Positions 1 through 9,545 of a stretch of DNA of 64,000 nucleotides are shown one piece after another. Under the pieces are notes generated by a model. The model made no database searches, had not been told where the DNA came from, and saw only the letters and a program-made list of their open reading frames with translations. Numbering within the stretch: the stretch's first letter is position 1; each line of letters opens with the position of its first letter. This stretch comes from an uncultured Candidatus Saccharibacteria bacterium (GTDB lineage: Bacteria; Patescibacteriota; Saccharimonadia; Saccharimonadales; JAUPVS01). Made by a program: the position numbers and the translations under genes. The stretch is from NCBI GenBank assembly GCA_964410185.1, contig CAYPFM010000003.1, positions 18,437 through 82,436 of the forward strand. Reading direction: 5' to 3'.

Positions 1-292
1 CTAAGCGGAGTTCGAGGAAACGAAGCAGCATTTCACCTGATTGGCCTTCCTTGCGGTCGGCTTCCTTCATCAAGTTACTAAACTGGCGTTCTAGCAAACC
101 ATACAAACGCTTTACTTTTTGCTTCTCACGCAATTGTAGTGAGTACTGGCTCGGCTTGTTGCGAGCGGTACGACCGGTAGCAACGCCACCAGGAGGACCG
201 GAGCGCTTCAAAAGTGCTTTGTGAGCCTTGGGATGAAGGGCATAGCCTTCGCGGCGGCTCATTTTTACGATAGATTGGGTATCTCGTGCCAT
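1..292 (-). CDS. rpsD: 30S ribosomal protein S4, N-terminal part (gene runs off the left edge)
   Basis: Manual minus-strand translation from the ATG at 292 gives MARDTQSIVKMSRREGYALHPKAHKALLKRSGPPGGVATGRTARNKPSQYSLQLREKQKVKRLYGLLERQFSNLMKE..., a typical S4 N-terminus. It starts 2 nt after the rpsK stop. It is absent from the ORF track because no stop lies inside the window. Confidence 0.85.
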   Translation of the reverse strand, partial: MARDTQSIVKMSRREGYALHPKAHKALLKRSGPPGGVATGRTARNKPSQYSLQLREKQKVKRLYGLLERQFSNLMKEADRKEGQSGEMLLRFLELRL

Positions 293-294
293 GA

Positions 295-705
295 TTAAAT
301 CCTTCGAGCCTTACGTGGGCGCACGCCACCATGTGGCACACCAGTTACGTCTTTGATAACTTCTACAGAAATGTCAGCGGCTGCAAGCGCGCGAATCGCG
401 GCATCACGGCCAAGACCAATACCTTTTACATACACATCGGCTTTGCTGAAACCGTGCATTTGCTTGGCAGCAGTGATGGCACGTTCGGCAGCGATCTGGG
501 CTGCGTAGGCGGTACCCTTCTTAGAACCACGGAAGCCACAGGCTCCAGCGCTCGAGAAAGTCAGGACGCCACCTTGCATGTCGGTAACCGAAATGATGGT
601 GTTGTTAAAGGTCGCCTGGACGTGAACTTGTCCAGCCGGAACTGATCGCTTTGATTTCTTCTTCTTGACTGTTGCAGTCTTAGCTGCGGTTGTTGTATCT
701 GCCAT
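295..705 (-). CDS. rpsK: 30S ribosomal protein S11
   Basis: 136 aa ORF with an S11-like core (VHVQATFNNTIISVTD...GSKKGTAYAAQ). GAGGAA Shine-Dalgarno upstream. Sits in alpha-operon order after rpsM. Confidence 0.95.
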   Translation of the reverse strand: MADTTTAAKTATVKKKKSKRSVPAGQVHVQATFNNTIISVTDMQGGVLTFSSAGACGFRGSKKGTAYAAQIAAERAITAAKQMHGFSKADVYVKGIGLGRDAAIRALAAADISVEVIKDVTGVPHGGVRPRKARRI

Positions 706-720
706 AATATTTCCTCAGAC

Positions 721-1107
721 CTAAGTCTTCGATGCCACCTTCTTAGCGGTACCACCAACCGTCAACTTGCGACCACGACGGGTGCGAGCGTTGGTTTTGG
801 TCCGTTGACCACGACTTGGCAAGTTCGCCTTGTGACGCAAGCCACGGTAGGCATTAATGTCCTTCAGACGCTTAATGTTACCGGAAACGATGCGCTGCAG
901 CTCACCCTCAACAGTCAGGTCTTTGTTGATGACTTCTTGGATACGGCCAATCTCGGCATCAGTCAGGTCCTTAACGCGGACGGTTTCTTCTACCTTGGCT
1001 TCTTTAAGAATCTTTACACTTGTCGTACGGCCAATACCGTAGACGTAGGTCAAAGCAATATGAATTTGCTTCTCGCTAGGGATAGTTACACCAGAAATTC
1101 GTGCCAT
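721..1107 (-). CDS. rpsM: 30S ribosomal protein S13
   Basis: 128 aa ORF starting [10 protein letters not shown]...YGIG, with a basic C-terminal tail, typical of S13. Synteny rpmJ-rpsM-rpsK. Confidence 0.95.
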   Translation of the reverse strand: MARISGVTIPSEKQIHIALTYVYGIGRTTSVKILKEAKVEETVRVKDLTDAEIGRIQEVINKDLTVEGELQRIVSGNIKRLKDINAYRGLRHKANLPSRGQRTKTNARTRRGRKLTVGGTAKKVASKT

Positions 1108-1113
1108 ATATTC

Positions 1114-1230
1114 CTAACCCTGCCTTTGCTTGTGCTTAGGCTTTGTCTTATTTATTACATACAAACGTCCCTTACGACGAACAATTTTGTCGTCGGGACT
1201 GATTTTTTTTACGCTAGCACGCACTTTCAT
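1114..1230 (-). CDS. rpmJ: 50S ribosomal protein L36
   Basis: Below the ORF-track length cutoff. Manual translation gives [44 protein letters not shown] Shine-Dalgarno upstream. Lies between infA and rpsM as expected. Confidence 0.9.
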   Translation of the reverse strand: MKVRASVKKISPDDKIVRRKGRLYVINKTKPKHKQRQG

Positions 1231-1273
1231 GCGGATCATCCTTTCTTATGAGGGGTGACTCACTGCTTTAAAT

Positions 1274-1495
1274 TTATGACTTGCGATAGGTGATTCTGCC
1301 CTTCGTGAGATCGTAAGGGGTCAACTCGACCGTAACGCTGTCCCCTGGCACGATGCGGATGTAATGTTTCCTCATCTTACCGGCGACATGAGCTATAATC
1401 TGATGGCCGTTCTCAAGCTCCACTCGGAACTGAGTCCCAGGTAGGGTCTCGGTAATAGTCCCTGTAAGTTCGATCACTTCCTTGTTACTTGCCAT
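1274..1495 (-). CDS. infA: translation initiation factor IF-1
   Basis: 73 aa S1-like OB-fold sequence ([46 protein letters not shown]). Confidence 0.95.
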   Translation of the reverse strand: MASNKEVIELTGTITETLPGTQFRVELENGHQIIAHVAGKMRKHYIRIVPGDSVTVELTPYDLTKGRITYRKS

Positions 1496-1513
1496 AGATA
1501 TAACTAAGCGCTA

Positions 1514-1541
1514 ATTATATCGATTTCACAACGGTTTGTAA
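1514..1541 (-). promoter_or_regulatory. putative sigma70-type promoter for infA
   Basis: The minus strand reads TTACAA-N16-TATAAT (plus coordinates 1536-1541 and 1514-1519), 18 nt upstream of the infA ATG. Confidence 0.5.
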
Positions 1542-1607
1542 AGAGTAATCTGTCGTTTTGTCAGATTAGCGCCATAACGTAATATGGCCATGTGGAGTCG
1601 ACTATGA

Positions 1608-1732
1608 TTTTTGGAGCATGACTTAACCAAAAGTTAAGAATTCAGATTAACACATTTAATAATTCTACCCCTGTTATGACTATTAACTTAGTTAATCTGA
1701 ATCATTAAAAACTGATAAACAGCGCTCCAAAA
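1608..1732. repeat. MITE-like palindromic intergenic element, copy 1
   Basis: Outer arms TTTTTGGAGC (1608-1617) and GCTCCAAAA (1724-1732). Inner arms AAGAATTCAGATTAAC (1636-1651) and GTTAATCTGAATCATT (1691-1706). Both flanks are homologous to 57540-57650. Confidence 0.7.
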
Positions 1733-1791
1733 TTCGTAGCACACAAGATCAGTTTGGTAATTCCCTTTGGCGACCCTTGGAGCCGCCAAGC

Positions 1792-3303
1792 CTATTTTTT
1801 CTTGCGTAAACCGCGCTTGGGGCTCAAGCCAAAGCGAAGTTTTCGTGCGCCGGTAGCGGCGATCAACGGATTGGCGTTGACGTCGTAGAAGAAGTCGGGC
1901 TGTTCGTACTGATCGTAGGTCACCATCAGGGCGCGTGACTCGATCTGGCGCAGTGTCTCTAGTGAGACGGCTACCAAGATCAAAATACTAGTTCCGCTGA
2001 GGGCGATGTTGGTCTTAATAAAGGCCTGGGCCACGATTGGCAACAACGCCAGCACACCCAGCGACAGGGCGCCAAAGAAGGTCAAACGATTAACAATCTT
2101 GCCCAAGTACTTCTCGGTCTGGGCGCCAGAGCGCACGCCTTCGATAAAGCCACCCTGCTTCTGCAGATTCTCGGCGATTTCTTTGGTGTTGAAGGTGATG
2201 CTGGTGTAGAAGAAAGTGAACACAAACACTAAGAAGAAGTAGACAGTAGGATAAATATAGGCCTGCCAGCCCTCGGTGGCAAAGGTTTGGGCCGATGGGG
2301 TTTGGAACCACTTGATCAGGTTAGCGCCGAGGTGCTGAAGGTTGGCGCTCTGTGAGCCTTGCATGATTTGCCCGGCAAAACTCGGTACACTCAAGAATGC
2401 TACCGCAAAGATAATCGGCACGACACCGGCTGTAATCAATTTAATTGGCAGCTTGGTGGTCACACCGCCATAGGTACGGTTTCCTTGAATGCGTTTGGCG
2501 TAATGAACCGTGATGTTTCGGGCCGCTTCGTTAAGTTTGACCACACACACCGTCACTAACGTTACTGAGCCAAGCACGCCGATGGCATACCAAATCTGCT
2601 TTTGATAGACGACCAGATGATTGCCAATAACATGCCATTTGGCGCCGGCACTATCGCTGGCCGAAGCAATCAGCTGAGTGATTGTGGCTGGAAGACGACT
2701 GACGATACCAACGGTAATAATCAAGGAAATACCGTTACCAATCCCCTGTTCGGTGATCAATTCACCTAACCACATCAGCAACATCGAAGCACCAGTTAGC
2801 GCCGAAACCATCAAAACCCACTGCATCGGTGAACTGTTGGCGGTAATGTCGCCTAGGCCACCGATGCTTGAGGCCGACTGTCGCACCAAGTAAATGGCGC
2901 CAATCGACTGAATGATTGCCAATGGCAGCGCCAGAATACGGGTGTACTGGTTAATCTTCTTACGGCCAAATTCGCCCTCGTTATTGAGGGCTTCGAGCTG
3001 CGGGATTGCCTTAGTAAGCAATTGCATAATAATCGAGGCATTGATGTACGGACCAAGCCCAATTAGCATGATCGAGAAGTTGGCCAGCGCCCCACCCGAC
3101 AGAACATCAATAAAGCTCAGTAACGATGAGCTTTTGGCGGAGGTATAGATGGTTTCGAGAACCTGTTTAAGGGTCTCTGGACTACTGAGAGGAATAGGGA
3201 TGTGAGCCAAAACACGGAAAACCAGCAGCATACCAAGAACGGCCAGGACACGATTGCGCATGTCGCTGTCTTTCATTGATTTCCAGATTACTCTCCAGTT
3301 CAT
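1792..3303 (-). CDS. secY: preprotein translocase subunit SecY
   Basis: 503 aa polytopic membrane ORF placed directly after rplO as in the spc operon. It is longer than typical SecY and has a basic C-terminal tail. Confidence 0.93.
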   Translation of the reverse strand: MNWRVIWKSMKDSDMRNRVLAVLGMLLVFRVLAHIPIPLSSPETLKQVLETIYTSAKSSSLLSFIDVLSGGALANFSIMLIGLGPYINASIIMQLLTKAIPQLEALNNEGEFGRKKINQYTRILALPLAIIQSIGAIYLVRQSASSIGGLGDITANSSPMQWVLMVSALTGASMLLMWLGELITEQGIGNGISLIITVGIVSRLPATITQLIASASDSAGAKWHVIGNHLVVYQKQIWYAIGVLGSVTLVTVCVVKLNEAARNITVHYAKRIQGNRTYGGVTTKLPIKLITAGVVPIIFAVAFLSVPSFAGQIMQGSQSANLQHLGANLIKWFQTPSAQTFATEGWQAYIYPTVYFFLVFVFTFFYTSITFNTKEIAENLQKQGGFIEGVRSGAQTEKYLGKIVNRLTFFGALSLGVLALLPIVAQAFIKTNIALSGTSILILVAVSLETLRQIESRALMVTYDQYEQPDFFYDVNANPLIAATGARKLRFGLSPKRGLRKKK

Positions 3304-3387
3304 CGAGTTTTGTTTACCCTCTCACGCAATACGGTAGAATTAATGCTTTTGTAATTATACAAGAAACAGCCGCCGATTGCTGTTGTT

Positions 3388-3867
3388 TTATTGTTTTGCT
3401 TCGGTCTTTTTCTTGCTGGCTGGTCGGCCAACCTGAGCAACCTGTTCAAAACTACCACCGGCTTTTTTAACAGCAGCGGCAGCGGCAACACTTGCAGCCT
3501 GCAGCTTAACCGTTACCTTAGCGGTAACATCACCGTTAACAACCAGCTTGGCTTTGCAGAAAGGACTGCTAATGATACCAACTTGGGCCAAGACAGCGTT
3601 ATCGACAGTCTTGCCGGCAAAGTTATTCAACTGGCTTGTGTAGACAATTTCAATCTTGGCACGATGCGAGTTAAAACCGCGAAGCTTTGGTAGACGTTGC
3701 ATCAATGGTGTTTGACCACCTTCAAAGCCTTGTCGTACGCCGCCACCAGTACGTGAGTTTTGACCCTTGGTACCACGGCCAGCAGTTTTACCACCACCAG
3801 CGGCGATACCACGACCAAGGCGTTTGGCGCTCTTGTGTTTGCTAATATTTAGTTCGTTGTAGCTCAT
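3388..3867 (-). CDS. rplO: 50S ribosomal protein L15
   Basis: 159 aa with a Gly/Arg-rich N-terminus (KRLGRGIAAGGGKTAGRGTKGQ). The ATG overlaps the rpsE stop (TAATG). Confidence 0.95.
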   Translation of the reverse strand: MSYNELNISKHKSAKRLGRGIAAGGGKTAGRGTKGQNSRTGGGVRQGFEGGQTPLMQRLPKLRGFNSHRAKIEIVYTSQLNNFAGKTVDNAVLAQVGIISSPFCKAKLVVNGDVTAKVTVKLQAASVAAAAAVKKAGGSFEQVAQVGRPASKKKTEAKQ

Positions 3868-4472
3868 TATTTTTCATCCTTTGCGGCAGCTGGGACAGCT
3901 TTCTTAGAAGCGGTCTTGCTGGCTTTGGTAACCCAGTTGTCAGCTTTTTCGATGCTTTCCAGGGCAGCTAGAGTTGCGTAGGCAGTGTTGATCTTGTTGG
4001 CGGAGCCAAGTGACTTAGACAGGGCGTTGCGGATACCAGCAACTTCGAGGACAACCCGGACCACACCACCGGCAATCAGACCGGTACCCGGGCTGGCTGG
4101 CTTGATTAAGATGCGAGCACCAGAAACCTTGGCTTCGGCTTCGTGAGGAATGGTTTCTTTGTAAACTGGCACGGTAACGAGGTTCTTCTTAGCAACGTCG
4201 ACGGCCTTTGAAACAGCAGCAGTAACGTCTGCGCCCTTAGCGGTGCCGATACCAACGCGACTCTTGTGGTCACCAATGACGACCAAGGCGCGGAAGCGGA
4301 AGCGACGGCCACCCTTTACAACGCGAGCGACACGGTCAATGTGGACCACTCGTTCGTCGAACTCTTTTTCTTCTTTTGGCATATCGTTACGTGGACGGCG
4401 GTTATTGTTGTTTTGGCCACCTTGACGATTTTGATTCTGGCCTTGTGGACCATTGTTAGTAGTTGGGGGCAT
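3867..4472 (-). CDS. rpsE: 30S ribosomal protein S5 with an N/Q/G-rich N-terminal extension
   Basis: 201 aa. The S5 core ([27 protein letters not shown]) follows a roughly 40 aa low-complexity leader. Confidence 0.95.
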   Translation of the reverse strand: MPPTTNNGPQGQNQNRQGGQNNNNRRPRNDMPKEEKEFDERVVHIDRVARVVKGGRRFRFRALVVIGDHKSRVGIGTAKGADVTAAVSKAVDVAKKNLVTVPVYKETIPHEAEAKVSGARILIKPASPGTGLIAGGVVRVVLEVAGIRNALSKSLGSANKINTAYATLAALESIEKADNWVTKASKTASKKAVPAAAKDEK

Positions 4473-4474
4473 AA

Positions 4475-4831
4475 TTAGAACTCCAGTCCATTCTCGCGGG
4501 CTGCGTCGGCCAGCGCTTTAACACGACCGTGATACTTGCGGCCACTGCGGTCAAATGAAACTTTAACAATTTTCTTGGCAACTGCCTTCTTGGCAATTTC
4601 GGTACCAACCCAAACTGATTTTTCAGTCATTGAGCCAGTTAGCTTTTTATTGCCAACCGTGCTGACTGCAACGAGTGTGGCGTGGGTGGTGTCATCAATA
4701 ACTTGGGCTGACACGTGGGTGTTGCTGATAAAAACGCTCAGACGAGGGCGTTCAGGTGTGCCGCTGACTACCGAGCGAACGCGGTTCTTGCGGAGCTGAC
4801 GATTTCGTAATTTATGTGCTAATCGATCCAT
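4475..4831 (-). CDS. rplR: 50S ribosomal protein L18
   Basis: 118 aa ending ...[17 protein letters not shown], characteristic of L18. Confidence 0.95.
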   Translation of the reverse strand: MDRLAHKLRNRQLRKNRVRSVVSGTPERPRLSVFISNTHVSAQVIDDTTHATLVAVSTVGNKKLTGSMTEKSVWVGTEIAKKAVAKKIVKVSFDRSGRKYHGRVKALADAARENGLEF

Positions 4832-4833
4832 GG

Positions 4834-5373
4834 CTATTTTTCCTTACCTGACTTACCGCTCTTGCGGATGATACGTTCATCAATGTACTTCAGACCCTTG
4901 CCCTTATATGGTTCAGGCTTCTTGAGAGCACGGATTTCGGCAGCCGTTTGGCCAACTTGCTGCTTGCTAATGCCACTCACCGTAATAATATTGGCTTCAA
5001 CTTTAGCAGTCACGCCTTCTGGCAAGTGGTAGATAACTTCGTGAGAAAAACCGAGGTTCATCTTTACGTCGTTACCAGCGACGGCCATACGGTAACCGAC
5101 ACCATTCAGTTCAAGCTTCTTTTCGAAGCCTTGGCTGACGCCAACGATCATATTGTTGACGAGTGAGCGCATCAAACCGTGCTTGGCGCGGTGCTCCTGC
5201 TCGTCGTCAATTCGAGTTACGTTAATAACGTCGCCGTCTTGGGCAACGGTTATACCGGGCATCGTGAACTGTGTGAGTGTGCCCTTACTACCAGTAACGG
5301 TAATAAGATCAGAATCGACAGTGATTGTCACGCCGGCTGGGACTTGGATAGGCTGTTTTCCTATACGACTCAT
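4834..5373 (-). CDS. rplF: 50S ribosomal protein L6
   Basis: 179 aa starting [17 protein letters not shown], typical of L6. Confidence 0.95.
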   Translation of the reverse strand: MSRIGKQPIQVPAGVTITVDSDLITVTGSKGTLTQFTMPGITVAQDGDVINVTRIDDEQEHRAKHGLMRSLVNNMIVGVSQGFEKKLELNGVGYRMAVAGNDVKMNLGFSHEVIYHLPEGVTAKVEANIITVSGISKQQVGQTAAEIRALKKPEPYKGKGLKYIDERIIRKSGKSGKEK

Positions 5374-5385
5374 GATGTACCTTTC

Positions 5386-5787
5386 TTAATAAACCTGACA
5401 AATTAATTCGCCACCAATACGCTCTTTGCGAGCCTGGTCACCAGTCATCAAACCTTTGGAGGTTGAGATGATAACCAGACCACGACCACGCTTGATAACC
5501 GGGATCTTGTCGGAGCCAACATAGGCGCGGCGGCCTGGCTTGCTCAAACGAGTAATTTCGGTGATACGGGCATTGGTTGTGTCGCTGTTAATGGTCAGCT
5601 TGAGGGACTTACCGACAGGAGCATCGGTAACTTTGACTTCGTCAATGAAGTTGTTTTCTTTGAGCAAAAGAGCGACAGACTCTTTAACTTTAGAGTGTGG
5701 CAGCGTCACGACGTTCTTACGAACGTTAATGGCATTACGGACGCGAGTCAGCATGTCAGCGATTGGGTCAGTTGAGGTCATAGACAT
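5386..5787 (-). CDS. rpsH: 30S ribosomal protein S8
   Basis: 133 aa with the S8 hallmark DPIADMLTRVRNA. Confidence 0.95.
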   Translation of the reverse strand: MSMTSTDPIADMLTRVRNAINVRKNVVTLPHSKVKESVALLLKENNFIDEVKVTDAPVGKSLKLTINSDTTNARITEITRLSKPGRRAYVGSDKIPVIKRGRGLVIISTSKGLMTGDQARKERIGGELICQVY

Positions 5788-5792
5788 ATCCT

Positions 5793-6062
5793 TTACCAGC
5801 TCGCTTTCGTTACACCAGGGATTTCACCCTTAGAGGCATGTTCGCGGAAGCTCAAACGACTCAGGCCAAATTGGCGCATGAAGGCGCGTGGGCGGCCGGT
5901 TTCGATACAGCGGTTCTTTAAACGAGTTGGTGAGCTGTTACGAGGCAGCTTGTGCAAACCTTCGTAGTCACCCATCTTTTTGAGTTCAGCACGCTTATCA
6001 GCATACTGCTCGTGCATTTTGTGACGTTTTACATCGCGGGCGATGTTTGATTTCCTAGCCAT
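5793..6062 (-). CDS. rpsN: 30S ribosomal protein S14
   Basis: 89 aa ending ...[11 protein letters not shown], the S14 C-terminus. No CxxC zinc motif is visible. Confidence 0.93.
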   Translation of the reverse strand: MARKSNIARDVKRHKMHEQYADKRAELKKMGDYEGLHKLPRNSSPTRLKNRCIETGRPRAFMRQFGLSRLSFREHASKGEIPGVTKASW

Positions 6063-6640
6063 TACTTGGACTCCTTTTCGAATGGCATACCGAACTTTTC
6101 GAGCAAGGCTCGGCTGTCGGCGGGACGGTGTGCCTTAATAACAAAGATGACTTGCAAACCATGTGGGGTGGTCGTTTCTTCAAACGACAATTCTGGGAAG
6201 GCTGACTGGTCGGTAAAGCCGAGGCTGTAGTTGCCTTGGCGGTCAAAGGCCTTAGCGCTCACACCATGGAAGTCACGCAAGCGTGGCAGCACAATGTTGA
6301 TCAGGCGGTCGGTAAATTCGTACATTTGATCGTTTCGCAAGGTGACCTTGAGGCCGATTTTGTTGCCTTCGCGCAGCTTGAATGAGGCGATTGACAGGCG
6401 AGCGGCTGTTTCCAGTGGTTGTTGACCAGTAATCTTGCGCAAGGTGTTGCTGGCTACAGTCATCAGCTTCTTGTCGTCCTTAGCCTTACCAAGACCAACG
6501 TTAACGACAATCTTTTCAAGCTTTGGTACCTGGTTGACGTTATCGAGCTTGAGCTCTTTCTGCAATTCAGCAACCAGCTTCTCTTTGTAGAGCTGCTTCA
6601 GGCGAGCGGTTGTAACTGGTGTTGCTGCTTTAGTAGCCAT
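6062..6640 (-). CDS. rplE: 50S ribosomal protein L5
   Basis: 192 aa. L5-like sequence with spc-operon synteny. Confidence 0.95.
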   Translation of the reverse strand: MATKAATPVTTARLKQLYKEKLVAELQKELKLDNVNQVPKLEKIVVNVGLGKAKDDKKLMTVASNTLRKITGQQPLETAARLSIASFKLREGNKIGLKVTLRNDQMYEFTDRLINIVLPRLRDFHGVSAKAFDRQGNYSLGFTDQSAFPELSFEETTTPHGLQVIFVIKAHRPADSRALLEKFGMPFEKESK

Positions 6641-6990
6641 TACTTGATCTCCTTGCCGGTGCTCTTAGCAACACGGACTTTATTTCCCTTGGTGTCGACC
6701 TTGTAGCCGATGCGGGTTGCCTTCTTGGCGGTAGCGTCGTAGTAGCCGACCTTTGATACATCGATTGGCTTAGTGAGCTCAACGATGTCACCTTGGGGGT
6801 GTTCGCGGGTTGGTTTAACGTGCTTCTTAACGATGTTAATACCTTCGACGGTAACTTTATTCAGGCTTGGGTGAACGGCAGTAATTTTACCGGTTTTACC
6901 CTTGTACTTGCCAGCACGAACGACGATGGTGTCACCTTTCATGAGGCGGATTTTAGTTACTGCTGGCTTGGCGTTGGTTGGTTTACTCAT
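6640..6990 (-). CDS. rplX: 50S ribosomal protein L24
   Basis: 116 aa with a KOW motif (KGDTIVVRAGKYKGKTGKI). Confidence 0.95.
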   Translation of the reverse strand: MSKPTNAKPAVTKIRLMKGDTIVVRAGKYKGKTGKITAVHPSLNKVTVEGINIVKKHVKPTREHPQGDIVELTKPIDVSKVGYYDATAKKATRIGYKVDTKGNKVRVAKSTGKEIK

Positions 6991-7358
6991 TATAGTACCT
7001 CCGGTGCTAAGCTAATGATCTTGGCGTAGCCGAGATCGCGCAGTTCGCGAGGGACAGGACCAAAGATACGGGTGGCTTTTGGTAGCTTATCATCGCCGAT
7101 GATGACGCAGGCATTGTCGTCAAAACGAATGCTCGAGCCATCTTTGCGCTTAATACTATTCTTGGTACGAACAACCACGGCGCGGACAACGCTCTTGCGC
7201 TTGACGTTACCACTTGGGTTGGCGGCCTTAACGGTTACCACAATGGTATCGCCAACGTGGGCGTAGCGACGGCGCGTGCCGCCCAGTACACGAATGCACA
7301 GGACTTCTTTGGCACCGCTGTTGTCACAGACGGTTAATCGGGATTCTTGCTGGATCAT
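6990..7358 (-). CDS. rplN: 50S ribosomal protein L14
   Basis: 122 aa starting [19 protein letters not shown], the canonical L14 start. Confidence 0.97.
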   Translation of the reverse strand: MIQQESRLTVCDNSGAKEVLCIRVLGGTRRRYAHVGDTIVVTVKAANPSGNVKRKSVVRAVVVRTKNSIKRKDGSSIRFDDNACVIIGDDKLPKATRIFGPVPRELRDLGYAKIISLAPEVL

Positions 7359-7624
7359 TAGGCAGCTTCCTTTTCTTCGACAATAGCTGGTCGCAAAACG
7401 ATTTTCTGTAGAGTAAATCGCTTGCGAGCACTCAATGGACGGGTTTCTTCAATCACAACCTTGTCGCCAACCATGGCTTCATTCTTTTCATCATGCGCCA
7501 TGAACTTGGTGTTCTGGTTGTATTGCTTCTTATAGACGGGGTGCATCTTACGAGTAGCGACCGTAACAATAATGGTCTTATCGGGTTTGTTTGACGATAC
7601 AACGCCAGTTAATGTTTTAGCCAT
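7358..7624 (-). CDS. rpsQ: 30S ribosomal protein S17
   Basis: 88 aa. S17-like, lying between rpmC and rplN. Confidence 0.93.
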   Translation of the reverse strand: MAKTLTGVVSSNKPDKTIIVTVATRKMHPVYKKQYNQNTKFMAHDEKNEAMVGDKVVIEETRPLSARKRFTLQKIVLRPAIVEEKEAA

Positions 7625-7824
7625 TACGCGGTCTCCTTGCTCAGCTGATCGCTGAGGACTGTTAGCATTCGAGCCAAATCTTTACGCTTGTTGCGTAGAG
7701 CTTTGGTGTTTTGAACTTCGCCCATGTGCATGCGGCGCTTTAATTCCATAATTTCATCGCGCAACTTGGTACTTTCGGTAGTCAAGTCAGCTGTTGATAG
7801 CTTGCGAATTTCGACGATTTTCAT
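7624..7824 (-). CDS. rpmC: 50S ribosomal protein L29
   Basis: 66 aa helical protein in the expected position. Confidence 0.9.
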   Translation of the reverse strand: MKIVEIRKLSTADLTTESTKLRDEIMELKRRMHMGEVQNTKALRNKRKDLARMLTVLSDQLSKETA

Positions 7825-7826
7825 AA

Positions 7827-8240
7827 TTACGCCTCCTCCCGAGTCAAGAACTTCGTCTTAACAGGTAGTTTATGGGCGGCCAAGCGCATGGCTTCGCGGG
7901 CGACTTCGACAGGAACACCTTGCATTTCAAACATGATCGTTCCTGGCTTAACCTTGGCGACCCAAAACTCTGGGTTACCTTTACCGCTACCCATCTTAAC
8001 GTCCTGCGGCTTACGGGTAACTGGGGTGTGTGGGAAGATGCGGATCCAAATCTTACCACCGCGCTTGATGTAGCGAGTCATGGCTTGACGTGAAGCCTCA
8101 ATCTGGCGGGCAGTGATTCGTTCGTGGCCCTGCGCTTGCAGTGCGTATTCGCCAAAGGCGATCTTGTTACCGGTCGAGGCAACGCCACGGATCTTTCCCT
8201 TTCGCACCTTGCGGTGTGCTTGTCGTTTAGGCATCAACAT
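7827..8240 (-). CDS. rplP: 50S ribosomal protein L16
   Basis: 137 aa starting [15 protein letters not shown], typical of L16. Confidence 0.96.
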   Translation of the reverse strand: MLMPKRQAHRKVRKGKIRGVASTGNKIAFGEYALQAQGHERITARQIEASRQAMTRYIKRGGKIWIRIFPHTPVTRKPQDVKMGSGKGNPEFWVAKVKPGTIMFEMQGVPVEVAREAMRLAAHKLPVKTKFLTREEA

Positions 8241-8243
8241 GAT

Positions 8244-8873
8244 TTAAACCGTCTCTCCCTTATAAATCCAAACCTTAACACCGATAATGCCGGCGGCAGT
8301 GTGTGAACTGACGTGAGCGTAGTCGATGTTAGCGCGAATCGTGTGCAATGGAACTGAACCTTGAACTTCTTTTTCGCGGCGGCTCATTTCGGCACCGTTC
8401 AGACGACCGGCAACCTCGATACGAATACCTTGGGCACCCGAGCGCATGGTTGCTGCTGCTGACTGCTTAATGGCGCGGCGGAATGAGATGCGACGCTCTA
8501 ACTGGTGGGCGATGTTCTCGGCAACCAGCTTGGCGTATAGTTCAGGCTTCTTGACTTCTTCGATGTTAACGCGAACTGGTGACTTGTAGATCTTCTCACA
8601 AGCAGCCTTCAGCTCTTGGGCGCCAGCACCACCACGACCGATTACCACACCAGCCTTAGCGGTAGCAATGGTAATAGTAACGAGGTTTGGTGAACGTTCG
8701 ATATCAACCTTGTTGATAGCACCACGAGAACCAACCTTGTCCTGGATGTACTTGCGAGTCTTAAGGTCTTGAGCTAAGTAGGCAGCGTAGTCCTTCTTGG
8801 CAACAAACCATTTGCTGCGCCAGTCTTTATTGACCTGAAGACGCATTGAAATTGGGTTTACTTTTTGTCCCAT
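8244..8873 (-). CDS. rpsC: 30S ribosomal protein S3
   Basis: 209 aa starting MGQKVNPISMRL, with a KH domain. Confidence 0.96.
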   Translation of the reverse strand: MGQKVNPISMRLQVNKDWRSKWFVAKKDYAAYLAQDLKTRKYIQDKVGSRGAINKVDIERSPNLVTITIATAKAGVVIGRGGAGAQELKAACEKIYKSPVRVNIEEVKKPELYAKLVAENIAHQLERRISFRRAIKQSAAATMRSGAQGIRIEVAGRLNGAEMSRREKEVQGSVPLHTIRANIDYAHVSSHTAAGIIGVKVWIYKGETV

Positions 8874-9262
8874 TATTTTGTCTCCTTCTTGTCGGCTGCT
8901 TTAGCGGCAACTGGCTTCTTTGGTGCGCGCTTTTCGCCATCAACAACAACGGTAATGTGACTGCTGGCACGCTGGAATGGCAGGGCACGACCGTGAGCAG
9001 CTGGGCGGTAACGCTTGATGCGAACGCCCGGGGTAACGGTAATGGTCGTGATGCGCAGGGTGTCAGGCTTGTAGTGGTGGTTGTGGTCGGCGTTAGCGCG
9101 AGCGCTTTCGATAACCTTCTTAACCGGTAGAGCTGAACGACGTGGCGTGTGCTCAAGGATAGTAATCGCTTCGGCGACAGTACGGCCACGAACTAGGCTG
9201 GCAACAACGCCAACCTTACGAGGACTCATGCGAACACCCTTAGCGATGGCTTGGACACTCAT
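8873..9262 (-). CDS. rplV: 50S ribosomal protein L22
   Basis: 129 aa. L22 core plus a short basic C-terminal tail. Confidence 0.94.
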   Translation of the reverse strand: MSVQAIAKGVRMSPRKVGVVASLVRGRTVAEAITILEHTPRRSALPVKKVIESARANADHNHHYKPDTLRITTITVTPGVRIKRYRPAAHGRALPFQRASSHITVVVDGEKRAPKKPVAAKAADKKETK

Positions 9263-9263
9263 T

Positions 9264-9539
9264 TTAGCGGCCTCCCTTTGCTAACTTACCACCATGGCTG
9301 CGGAACTTACGAGTTGGTGAGAATTCACCAAGCTTGTGGCCAACCATGTTTTCGGTAATAAAGACTGGTACATGAACCTTACCGTTATGGACGGCGATGG
9401 TCTTACCAACAAATTCTGGCGAGATAGTTGAAGCACGAGCCCATGTTTTAATAATGGTTCGGTCTTCGTTGCCTAAGGCGTTAACCTTTTTGGCTAGCTT
9501 CGGATCCACAAATGGTCCTTTTTTTAGTGATCTACTCAT
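9264..9539 (-). CDS. rpsS: 30S ribosomal protein S19
   Basis: 91 aa starting [12 protein letters not shown], the canonical S19 start. Confidence 0.97.
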   Translation of the reverse strand: MSRSLKKGPFVDPKLAKKVNALGNEDRTIIKTWARASTISPEFVGKTIAVHNGKVHVPVFITENMVGHKLGEFSPTRKFRSHGGKLAKGGR

Positions 9540-9545
9540 GTTCTT

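Noticed and set aside
126-341. 71-aa minus-strand ORF overlapping the rpsD/rpsK boundary
   Set aside because: It is out of frame with the clearly identifiable S4 N-terminus (ATG at 292) and overlaps the rpsK 3' end.
3365-3384. Hairpin AACAGC-N8-GCTGTT after rplO, followed by TATAAT (3354-3359) before secY, considered as an internal terminator plus promoter
   Set aside because: The stem is only 6 bp and has a weak U-tract. This is plausible but not well enough supported to list as a feature.
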